A DNA stretch of 64,000 nt, taken from the NCBI GenBank assembly GCA_964016885.1, contig CAXHJY010000080.1:1-64000 (forward strand), written 5' to 3'. Below the pieces are notes generated by a model that did not search any database, had not been told where the DNA came from, and was given only the letters and a program-made list of their open reading frames with translations. The DNA comes from Eledone cirrhosa. Taxonomy: Eukaryota. Every line of letters begins with the position of its first letter. Within the stretch, counting starts at the first letter, position 1. The translations under genes were made by a program, and so were the position numbers. Shown here one piece after another: positions 55,101 to 63,512 of this stretch.

Positions 55101-58100
55101 GAAGCCGAAGCTATTCGTGCAGAAAACATCCATATTTACGCTATAGGTATAGGCCTTGCAGAAACTACAGAACTTGACAAAATTGCATCATATCCACCAT
55201 CAGAAAACAGTTTCACTGTCGAAGATTTTAATCAGCTTTATGATTTAAAACACCAAATATTTGATTCTTTCTGTCCGGGTACGTATATTACGTAGATTAT
55301 GTCAGTTGTTGTCGTTTCTTTCATGTCGGTCAACATCACTTTGTAGTGTCATTCTACATATTAATTGTACACATGTTTATTGTGTTACATCTAATCTGTC
55401 TCCTTGGTCAATCATTTCTTTTGTTGTTCTTGCTGAAATTTCAGTTGAACGAGGTTTTGTTTTGTATTTGATCGATTGTAAATGTTGTTGTTACTGTTCA
55501 CTATCAATGATATTTGTTCATATTATAATACACATAACAGTTTATATTTTGTCCAATATGTTTGTGAGAAATATTCAATTGAAAATATAATCAAATTGAC
55601 ACAATTATAGAATTAGATATTCTGTTTTGTCTATGTATTGTGATGGGCTGTTGCCAGAATTTGTATATTCATAAGTAATATTCAATTATATTTGTTCACA
55701 TTGCAGAATATGTTCTCTCTAATGTGAATTATTATTGAAATTATTTCTTTTCTATGTGTTGATATCTATCCATATCACACTACATTCTTTACGTTGTTGT
55801 TGCTGGTTACTCTTGATGTTATCTCTTCTCTTGTTATCAACATAATATTGTTATCGTTATATATCAGTCTGTTTTTACTAAGTTCCTGTTATATGTTTGG
55901 ATATTTCTGTTGTTATATGGTGTTTTGAACAAGATAATCCACTTGTTTCAGTAAGGTTACATGTCTCTATATAATATTTGTAAAGAGAATTTCCTCTTAC
56001 CGTGATTGTGAACGCTAGGCATAACTATGAGTAAATCTGGAATTACTAATTATATCTGACTAGTTTATTGCACTTTTCCACTTTACAGTAAGACCTGAAG
56101 TAACAACTCCACATCCAAAACCACCTGGTAAGATATTTTAAATGGTTTTCTTTGTTACTTAGTTTCAAATAAGAGATCTGTAACTATTGGCTAGAATTAA
56201 GTTCTTTAAAGTATACATGATCTAATTGAAGGAAAGTCTATGGAAATCTAGTGATTTCTTAAATATTTGAGTGTTATTAAATATTCTCTAGATGTTCTAT
56301 GATAAATATTGAATTATTATATATGTGGCAGTGTTAATTGATGGCTACCTCCCTATTCTCTAGGTAAATGTAATGCTGCTGAATCAGACATTGTGTTCGT
56401 TCTGGATTCTTCAACTAGCGTTACTGATGTGAACTTCAAGAAAATCTTAGCTTTTGTGAAAGACTTTCTATCGGAGGCTAGTATTGACAATGGTAATGTG
56501 AGAGTAGGGGCAGTGATTTATAGCACTGACGTACAAGTGCAGTTTCATTTGAATCACTACCATTCAAAGAGAGATATCCTCAATGCTATTGACAACATTG
56601 CCTATGTGTATGGAAGCACAAATACATATGGAGGTCTGCACACAGCCAGAAGACAGATGTTTACTGCAGAAAATGGTGACAGAGCCGGTATTCCTAATAT
56701 TATTTTCCTTATTACTGATGGCGTTTCCAACATCAACGCTTTACAAACCATACCAGAAGCCGAAGCTATTCGTGCAGAAAACATCCATATTTACGCTATA
56801 GGTATAGGCCTTGCAGAAACTACAGAACTTGACAAAATTGCATCATATCCACCATCAGAAAACAGTTTCACTGTCGAAGATTTTAATCAGCTTTATGATT
56901 TAAAACACCAAATATTTGATTCTTTCTGTCCGGGTACGTATATTACGTAGATTATGTCAGTTGTTGCGTTTCGTTTCTTTCATGTCGGTCAACATCACTT
57001 TGTAGTGTCATTCTACATATTAATTGTACACATGTTTATTGTGTTACATCTAATCTGTCTCCTTGGTCAATCATTTGTTTTGTTGTTCTTGCTGAAATTT
57101 CAGTTGAACGAGGTTTTGTTTTGTATTTGATCGATTGTAAATGTTGTTGTTACTGTTCACTATCAATGATATTTGTTCATATTATAATACACATAACAGT
57201 TTATATTTTGTCCAATATGTTTGTGAGAAATATTCAATTTAAAATATAATCAAATTGACACAATTATAGAATTAGATATTCTGTTTTGTCTATGTATTGT
57301 GATGGGCTGTTGCCAGAATTTGTATATTCATAAGTAATATTCAATTATATTTGTTCACATTGCAGAATATGTTCTCTCTAATGTGAATTATTATTGAAAT
57401 TATTTCTTTTCTATGTGTTGATATCTATCCATATCACACTACATTCTTTACGTTGTTGTTGCTGGTTACTCTTGATGTTATCTCTTCTCTTGTTATCAAC
57501 ATAATATTGTTATCGTTATATATCAGTCTGTTTTTACTAAGTTCCTGTTATATGTTTGGATATTTCTGTTGTTATATGGTGTTTTGAACAAGATAATCCA
57601 CTTGTTTCAGTAAGGTTACATGTCTCTATATAATATTTGTAAAGAGAATTTCCTCTTACCGTGATTGTGAACGCTAGGCATAACTATGAGTAAATCTGGA
57701 ATTACTAATTATATCTGACTAGTTTATTGCACTTTTCCACTTTACAGTAAGACCTGAAGTAACAACTCCACATCCAAAACCACCTGGTAAGATATTTTAA
57801 ATGGTTTTCTTTGTTACTTAGTTTCAAATAAGAGATCTGTAACTATTGGCTAGAATTAAGTTCTTTAAAGTATACATGATCTAATTGAAGGAAAGTCTAT
57901 GGAAATCTAGTGATTTCTTAAATATTTGAGTGTTATTAAATTCTCTAGATGTTCTATGATAAATATTGAATTATTATATATGTGGCAGTGTTAATTGATG
58001 GCTACCTCCCTATTCTCTAGGTAAATGTAATGCTGCTGAATCAGACATTGTGTTCGTTCTGGATTCTTCAACTAGCGTTACTGATGTGAACTTCAAGAAA

Positions 58101-61100
58101 ATCTTAGCTTTTGTGAAAGACTTTCTATCGGAGGCTAGTATTGACAATGGTAATGTGAGAGTAGGGGCAGTTATTTATAGCACTGACGTACAAGTGCAGT
58201 TTCATTTGAATCACTACCATTCAAAGAGAGATATCCTCAATGCTATTGACAACATTGCCTATGTGTATGGAAGCACAAATACATATGGAGGTCTGCACAC
58301 AGCCAGAAGACAGATGTTTACTGCAGAAAATGGTGACAGAGCCGGTATTCCTAATATTATTTTCCTTATTACTGATGGCGTTTCCAACATCAACGCTTTA
58401 CAAACCATACCAGAAGCCGAAGCTATTCGTGCAGAAAACATCCATATTTACGCTATAGGTATAGGCCTTGCAGAAACTACAGAACTTGACAAAATTGCAT
58501 CATATCCACCATCAGAAAACAGTTTCACTGTCGAAGATTTTAATCAGCTTTATGATTTAAAACACCAAATATTTGATTCTTTCTGTCCGGGTACGTATAT
58601 TACGTAGATTATGTCAGTTGTTGCGTTTCGTTTCTTTCATGTCGGTCAACATCACTTTGTAGTGTCATTCTACATATTAATTGTACACATGTTTATTGTG
58701 TTACATCTAATCTGTCTCCTTGGTCAATCATTTCTTTTGTTGTTCTTGCTGAAATTTCAGTTGAACGAGGTTTTGTTTTGTATTTTATCGATTGTAAATG
58801 TTGTTGTTACTGTTCACTATCAATGATATTTGTTCATATTATAATACACATAACAGTTTATATTTTCTCCAATATGTTTGTGAGAAATATTCAATTGAAA
58901 ATATAATCAAATTGACACAATTATAGAATTAGATATTCTGTTTTGTCTATGTATTGTGATGGGCTGTTGCCAGAATTTGTATATTCATAAGTAATATTCA
59001 ATTATATTTGTTCACATTGCAGAATATGTTCTCTCTAATGTGAATTATTATTGAAATTATTTCTTTTCTATGTGTTGATATCTATCCATATCACACTACA
59101 TTCTTTATGTTGTTGTTGCTGGTTACTCTTGATGTTATCAACATAATATTGTTATCGTTATATATCAGTCTGTTTTTACTAAGTTCCTGTTATATGTTTG
59201 GATATTTCTGTTGTTATATGGTGTTTTGAACAAGATAATCCACTTGTTTCAGTAAGGTTACATGTCTCTATATAATATTTGTAAAGAGAATTTCCTCTTA
59301 CCGTGATTGTGAATGCTAGGCATAACTATGAGTAAATCTGGAATTACTAATTATATCTGACTAGTTTATTGCACTTTTCCACTTTACAGTAAGACCTGAA
59401 GTAACAACTCCACATCCAAAACCACCTGGTAAGATATTTTAAATGGTTTTCTTTGTTACTTAGTTTCAAATAAGAGATCTGTAACTATTGGCTAGAATTA
59501 AGTTCTTTAAAGTATACATGATCTAATTGAAGGAAAGTCTATGGAAATCTAGTGATTTCTTAAATATTTGAGTGTTATTAAATATTCTCTAGATGTTCTA
59601 TGATAAATATTGAATTATTATATATGTGGCAGTGTTAATTGATGGCTACCTCCCTATTCTCTAGGTAAATGTAATGCTGCTGAATCAGACATTGTGTTCG
59701 TTCTGGATTCTTCAACTAGCGTTACTGATGTGAACTTCAAGAAAATCTTAGCTTTTGTGAAAGACTTTCTATCGGAGGCTAGTATTGACAATGGTAATGT
59801 GAGAGTAGGGGCAGTGATTTATAGCACTAACGTACAAGTGCAGTTTCATTTGAATCACTACCATTCAAAGAGAGATATCCTCAATGCTATTGACAACATT
59901 GCCTATGTGTATGGAAGCACAAATACATATGGAGGTCTGCACACAGCCAGAAGACAGATGTTTACTGCAGAAAATGGTGACAGAGCCGGTATTCCTAATA
60001 TTATTTTCCTTATTACTGATGGCGTTTCCAACATCAACGCTTTACAAACCATACCAGAAGCCGAAGCTATTCGTGCAGAAAACATCCATATTTACGCTAT
60101 AGGTATAGGCCTTGCAGAAACTACAGAACTTGACAAAATTGCATCATATCCACCATCAGAAAACAGTTTCACTGTCGAAGATTTTAATCAGCTTTATGAT
60201 TTAAAACACCAAATATTTGATTCTTTCTGTCCGGGTACGTATATTACGTAGATTATGTCAGTTGTTGTCGTTTCTTTCATGTCGGTCAACATCACTTTGT
60301 AGTGTCATTCTACATATTAATTGTACACATGTTTATTGTGTTACATCTAATCTGTCTCCTTGGTCAATCATTTCTTTTGATGTTCTTGCTGAAATTTCAG
60401 TTGAACGAGGTTTTGTTTTGTATTTTATCGATTGTAAATGTTGTTGTTACTGTTCACTATCAATGATATTTGTTCATATTATAATACACATAACAGTTTA
60501 TATTTTGTCCAATATGTTTGTGAGAAATATTCAATTGAAAATATAATCAAATTGACACAATTATAGAATTAGATATTCTGTTTTGTCTATGTATTGTGAT
60601 GGGCTGTTGCCAGAATTTGTATATTCATAAGTAATATTCAATTATATTTGTTCACATTGCAGAATATGTTCTCTCTAATGTGAATTATTATTGAAATTAT
60701 TTCTTTTCTATGTGTTGATATCTATCCATATCACACTACATTCTTTATGTTGTTGTTGCTGGTTACTCTTGATGTTATCAACATAATATTGTTATCGTTA
60801 TATATCAGTCTGTTTTTACTAAGTTCCTGTTATATGTTTGGATATTTCTGTTGTTATATGGTGTTTTGAACAAGATAATCCATTTGTTTCAGTAAGGTTA
60901 CATGTCTCTATATAATATTTGTAAAGAGAATTTCCTCTTACCGTGATTGTGAACGCTAGGCATAACTATGAGTAAATCTGGAATTACTAATTATATCTGA
61001 CTAGTTTATTGCACTTTTCCACTTTACAGTAAGACCTGAAGTAACAACTCCACATCCAAAACCACCTGGTAAGATATTTTAAATGGTTTTCTTTGTTACT

Positions 61101-63512
61101 TAGTTTCAAATAAGAGATCTGTAACTATTGGCTAGAATTAAGTTCTTTAAAGTATACATGATCTAATTGAAGGAAAGTCTATGGAAATCTAGTGATTTCT
61201 TAAATATTTGAGTGTTATTAAATATTCTCTAGATGTTCTATGATAAATATTGAATTATTATATATGTGGCAGTGTTAATTGATGGCTACCTCCCTATTCT
61301 CTAGGTAAATGTAATGCTGCTGAATCAGACATTGTGTTCGTTCTGGATTCTTCAACTAGCGTTACTGATGTGAACTTCAAGAAAATCTTAGCTTTTGTGA
61401 AAGACTTTCTATCGGAGGCTAGTATTGACAATGGTAATGTGAGAGTAGGGGCAGTGATTTATAGCACTGACGTACAAGTGCAGTTTCATTTGAATTACTA
61501 CCATTCAAAGAGAGATATCCTCAATGCTATTGACAACATTGCCTATGTGTATGGAAGCACAAATACATATGGAGGTCTGCACACAGCCAGAAGACAGATG
61601 TTTACTGCAGAAAATGGTGACAGAGCCGGTATTCCTAATATTATTTTCCTTATTACTGATGGCGTTTCCAACATCAACGCTTTACAAACCATACCAGAAG
61701 CCGAAGCTATTCGTGCAGAAAACATCCATATTTACGCTATAGGTATAGGCCTTGCAGAAACTACAGAACTTGACAAAATTGCATCATATCCACCATCAGA
61801 AAACAGTTTCACTGTCGAAGATTTTAATCAGCTTTATGATTTAAAACACCAAATATTTGATTCTTTCTGTCCGGGTACGTATATTACGTAGATTATGTCA
61901 GTTGTTGTCGTTTCTTTCATGTCGGTCAACATCACTTTGTAGTGTCATTCTACATATTAATTGTACGCATGTTTATTGTGTTACATCTAATCTGTCTCCT
62001 TGGTCAATCATTTCTTTTGTTGTTCTTGCTGAAATTTCAGTTGAACGAGGTTTTGTTTTGTATTTTATCGATTGTAAATGTTGTTGTTACTGTTCACTAT
62101 CAATGATATTTGTTCATATTATAATACACATAACAGTTTATATTTTGTCCAATATGTTTGTGAGAAATATTCAATTGAAAATATAATCAAATTGACACAA
62201 TTATAGAATTAGATATTCTGTTTTGTCTATGTATTGTGATGGGCTGTTGCCAGAATTTGTATATTCATAAGTAATATTCAATTATATTTGTTCACATTGC
62301 AGAATATGTTCTCTCTAATGTGAATTATTATTGAAATTATTTCTTTTCTATGTGTTGATATCTATCCATATCACACTACATTCTTTATGTTGTTGTTGCT
62401 GGTTACTCTTGATGTTATCAACATAATATTGTTATCGTTATATATCAGTCTGTTTTTACTAAGTTCCTGTTATATGTTTGGATATTTCTGTTGTTATATG
62501 GTGTTTTGAACAAGATAATCCACTTGTTTCAGTAAGGTTACATGTGTCTATATAATATTTGTAAAGAGAATTTCCTCTTACCGTGATTGTGAACGCTAGG
62601 CATAACTATGAGTAAATCTGGAATTACTAATTATATCTGACTAGTTTATTGCACTTTTCCACTTTACAGTAAGACCTGAAGTAACAACTCCACATCCAAA
62701 ACCACCTGGTAAGATATTTTAAATGGTTTTCTTTGTTACTTAGTTTCAAATAAGAGATCTGTAACTATTGGCTAGAATTAAGTTCTTTAAAGTATACATG
62801 ATCTAATTGAAGGAAAGTCTATGGAAATTTAGTGATTTCTTAAATATTTGAGTGTTATTAAATTCTCTAGATGTTCTATGATAAATATTGAATTATTATA
62901 TATGTGGCAGTGTTAATTGATGGCTACCTCCCTATTCTCTAGGTAAATGTAATGCTGCTGAATCAGACATTGTGTTCGTTCTGGATTCTTCAACTAGCGT
63001 TACTGATGTGAACTTCAAGAAAATCTTAGCTTTTGTGAAAGACTTTCTATCGGAGGCTAGTATTGACAATGGTAATGTGAGAGTAGGGGCAGTGATTTAT
63101 AGCACTGACGTACAAGTGCAGTTTCATTTGAATCACTACCATTCAAAGAGAGATATCCTCAATGCTATTGACAACATTGCCTATGTGTATGGAAGCACAA
63201 ATACATATGGAGGTCTGCACACAGCCAGAAGACAGATGTTTACTGCAGAAAATGGTGACAGAGCCGGTATTCCTAATATTATTTTCCTTATTACTGATGG
63301 CGTTTCCAACATCAACGCTTTTCAAACCATACCAGAAGCCGAAGCTATTCGTGCAGAAAACATCCATATTTACGCTATAGGTATAGGCCTTGCAGAAACT
63401 ACAGAACTTGACAAAATTGCATCATATCCACCATCAGAAAACAGTTTCACTGTCGAAGATTTTAATCAGCTTTATGATTTAAAACACCAAATATTTGATT
63501 CTTTCTGTCCGG
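1591..63512 (+). CDS. Partial multi-exon gene for a giant tandem VWA-domain extracellular protein (collagen VI / matrilin-type VWA modules); 5' and 3' ends outside the window
   Basis: 68 GT-AG bounded phase 1-1 exons join in one open frame: 546 + 18 + 18 + 33x570 + 32x39 nt. No start codon, signal peptide or terminal exon seen. Confidence 0.85.
2481..3030. repeat. 21-bp minisatellite (consensus tgtgggtacattctctggtgt), roughly 25-26 copies, intronic
   Basis: Seen directly; causes the overlapping heptad-repeat ORFs on both strands. Confidence 0.95.
4211..4232. repeat. Poly(T) tract, 22 nt
   Basis: Seen directly. Confidence 0.9.
5318..5364. repeat. Compound (CA)n(TA)n microsatellite
   Basis: Seen directly. 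Confidence 0.9.
6191..6245 (-). ncRNA. Decayed hammerhead-like motif (inverted paralog of 6380-6434)
   Basis: Minus strand reads agtcttgt CTGATGA cacagtgagtacacagaa aaaa cctgagg tta ataagtct; stem II broken and GAAA changed to AAAA in this register. Confidence 0.4.
6380..6434 (+). ncRNA. Minimal type I hammerhead ribozyme-like motif
   Basis: Stem I agtcttat/acaagact (7 of 8 pairs), core CUGAAGA, stem II ccctgtg-agta-catggga (closing C.A mismatch), GAAA, stem III ACU-ccaa-AGU, cleavage triplet GUA. Confidence 0.6.
6775..6792 (+). CDS. 18-nt micro-exon, phase 1-1, encodes ATPTPP
   Basis: atatttcag|ccacacctacacctcctg|gtaagt; ends like the 39-nt array linker (cctg|gtaag). Confidence 0.75.
6955..6978. 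repeat. (TA)n microsatellite
   Basis: Seen directly. Confidence 0.9.
7096..7135. repeat. (TA)20 microsatellite
   Basis: Seen directly. Confidence 0.9.
7389..7406 (+). CDS. 18-nt micro-exon, phase 1-1, encodes VVTQPT
   Basis: Long pyrimidine tract, aatttcag|ttgttacacaaccaactg|gtaagt. Confidence 0.75.
8801..8851. mobile_element. Possible short interspersed-repeat fragment
   Basis: GC-richer island ctggtttcaatcattgaactggggccatgctagggcactg resembling, from memory, a common octopus SINE end; not verified by search. Confidence 0.3.
10278..10847 (+). CDS. VWA exon, unit 1 (570 nt; private variants AAKS, EKIHI)
   Basis: ccctattctctag| acceptor, ccgg|gtacgt donor; GKC..DIVFVLDSSTS..GSTNT..ITDG..FCP with MIDAS DxSxS/T/D and flanking Cys pair. 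Confidence 0.93.
11647..11685 (+). CDS. Linker exon 1 (39 nt, VRPEVTTPHPKPP)
   Basis: cttttccactttacag| acceptor, cctg|gtaaga donor, phase 1-1, Pro/Thr rich. Confidence 0.85.
11920..12489 (+). CDS. VWA exon, unit 2 (L>F, E>K)
   Basis: Same splice sites and open frame as unit 1. Confidence 0.93.
13289..13327 (+). CDS. Linker exon 2
   Basis: As linker 1. Confidence 0.85.
13564..14133 (+). CDS. VWA exon, unit 3 (H>Y)
   Basis: As unit 1. Confidence 0.93.
14933..14971 (+). CDS. Linker exon 3
   Basis: As linker 1. Confidence 0.85.
15208..15777 (+). CDS. VWA exon, unit 4
   Basis: As unit 1. Confidence 0.93.
16573..16611 (+). CDS. Linker exon 4
   Basis: As linker 1. Confidence 0.85.
16848..17417 (+). 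CDS. VWA exon, unit 5 (H>Y)
   Basis: As unit 1. Confidence 0.93.
18217..18255 (+). CDS. Linker exon 5 (variant VRTEVTTPHLKPP)
   Basis: As linker 1 with two substitutions. Confidence 0.85.
18491..19060 (+). CDS. VWA exon, unit 6
   Basis: As unit 1. Confidence 0.93.
19858..19896 (+). CDS. Linker exon 6
   Basis: As linker 1. Confidence 0.85.
20132..20701 (+). CDS. VWA exon, unit 7 (H>Y)
   Basis: As unit 1. Confidence 0.93.
21501..21539 (+). CDS. Linker exon 7
   Basis: As linker 1. Confidence 0.85.
21775..22344 (+). CDS. VWA exon, unit 8
   Basis: As unit 1. Confidence 0.93.
23140..23178 (+). CDS. Linker exon 8
   Basis: As linker 1. Confidence 0.85.
23415..23984 (+). CDS. VWA exon, unit 9 (H>Y)
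   Basis: As unit 1. Confidence 0.93.
24784..24822 (+). CDS. Linker exon 9 (variant VRTEVTTPHPKPP)
   Basis: As linker 1 with one substitution. Confidence 0.85.
25058..25627 (+). CDS. VWA exon, unit 10
   Basis: As unit 1. Confidence 0.93.
26425..26463 (+). CDS. Linker exon 10
   Basis: As linker 1. Confidence 0.85.
26699..27268 (+). CDS. VWA exon, unit 11 (H>Y)
   Basis: As unit 1. Confidence 0.93.
28066..28104 (+). CDS. Linker exon 11
   Basis: As linker 1. Confidence 0.85.
28339..28908 (+). CDS. VWA exon, unit 12 (L>F, E>K)
   Basis: As unit 1. Confidence 0.93.
29704..29742 (+). CDS. Linker exon 12
   Basis: As linker 1. Confidence 0.85.
29977..30546 (+). CDS. VWA exon, unit 13 (L>F, E>K)
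   Basis: As unit 1. Confidence 0.93.
31342..31380 (+). CDS. Linker exon 13
   Basis: As linker 1. Confidence 0.85.
31615..32184 (+). CDS. VWA exon, unit 14 (L>F, E>K)
   Basis: As unit 1. Confidence 0.93.
32980..33018 (+). CDS. Linker exon 14
   Basis: As linker 1. Confidence 0.85.
33255..33824 (+). CDS. VWA exon, unit 15 (T>I)
   Basis: As unit 1. Confidence 0.93.
34624..34662 (+). CDS. Linker exon 15
   Basis: As linker 1. Confidence 0.85.
34899..35468 (+). CDS. VWA exon, unit 16 (L>F, T>I)
   Basis: As unit 1. Confidence 0.93.
36268..36306 (+). CDS. Linker exon 16
   Basis: As linker 1. Confidence 0.85.
36543..37112 (+). CDS. VWA exon, unit 17 (L>F)
   Basis: As unit 1. Confidence 0.93.
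37908..37946 (+). CDS. Linker exon 17
   Basis: As linker 1. Confidence 0.85.
38183..38752 (+). CDS. VWA exon, unit 18
   Basis: As unit 1. Confidence 0.93.
39567..39605 (+). CDS. Linker exon 18
   Basis: As linker 1. Confidence 0.85.
39840..40409 (+). CDS. VWA exon, unit 19
   Basis: As unit 1. Confidence 0.93.
41224..41262 (+). CDS. Linker exon 19
   Basis: As linker 1. Confidence 0.85.
41499..42068 (+). CDS. VWA exon, unit 20
   Basis: As unit 1. Confidence 0.93.
42883..42921 (+). CDS. Linker exon 20
   Basis: As linker 1. Confidence 0.85.
43156..43725 (+). CDS. VWA exon, unit 21
   Basis: As unit 1. Confidence 0.93.
44525..44563 (+). CDS. Linker exon 21
   Basis: As linker 1. Confidence 0.85.
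44800..45369 (+). CDS. VWA exon, unit 22 (D>N)
   Basis: As unit 1. Confidence 0.93.
46180..46218 (+). CDS. Linker exon 22
   Basis: As linker 1. Confidence 0.85.
46455..47024 (+). CDS. VWA exon, unit 23
   Basis: As unit 1. Confidence 0.93.
47839..47877 (+). CDS. Linker exon 23
   Basis: As linker 1. Confidence 0.85.
48114..48683 (+). CDS. VWA exon, unit 24 (D>N)
   Basis: As unit 1. Confidence 0.93.
49494..49532 (+). CDS. Linker exon 24
   Basis: As linker 1. Confidence 0.85.
49769..50338 (+). CDS. VWA exon, unit 25
   Basis: As unit 1. Confidence 0.93.
51153..51191 (+). CDS. Linker exon 25
   Basis: As linker 1. Confidence 0.85.
51426..51995 (+). CDS. VWA exon, unit 26
   Basis: As unit 1. 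Confidence 0.93.
52795..52833 (+). CDS. Linker exon 26
   Basis: As linker 1. Confidence 0.85.
53069..53638 (+). CDS. VWA exon, unit 27 (H>Y)
   Basis: As unit 1. Confidence 0.93.
54434..54472 (+). CDS. Linker exon 27
   Basis: As linker 1. Confidence 0.85.
54709..55278 (+). CDS. VWA exon, unit 28 (D>N)
   Basis: As unit 1. Confidence 0.93.
56089..56127 (+). CDS. Linker exon 28
   Basis: As linker 1. Confidence 0.85.
56364..56933 (+). CDS. VWA exon, unit 29
   Basis: As unit 1. Confidence 0.93.
57748..57786 (+). CDS. Linker exon 29
   Basis: As linker 1. Confidence 0.85.
58021..58590 (+). CDS. VWA exon, unit 30
   Basis: As unit 1. Confidence 0.93.
59390..59428 (+). CDS. Linker exon 30
   Basis: As linker 1. 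Confidence 0.85.
59665..60234 (+). CDS. VWA exon, unit 31 (D>N)
   Basis: As unit 1. Confidence 0.93.
61030..61068 (+). CDS. Linker exon 31
   Basis: As linker 1. Confidence 0.85.
61305..61874 (+). CDS. VWA exon, unit 32 (H>Y)
   Basis: As unit 1. Confidence 0.93.
62670..62708 (+). CDS. Linker exon 32
   Basis: As linker 1. Confidence 0.85.
62943..63512 (+). CDS. VWA exon, unit 33 (L>F)
   Basis: As unit 1. Confidence 0.93.

Noticed and set aside
1591-63512. Assigning a gene symbol such as COL6A3 or MATN1
   Set aside because: Only VWA modules are visible, with no Gly-X-Y, EGF, Kunitz or coiled-coil exons, so orthology cannot be claimed
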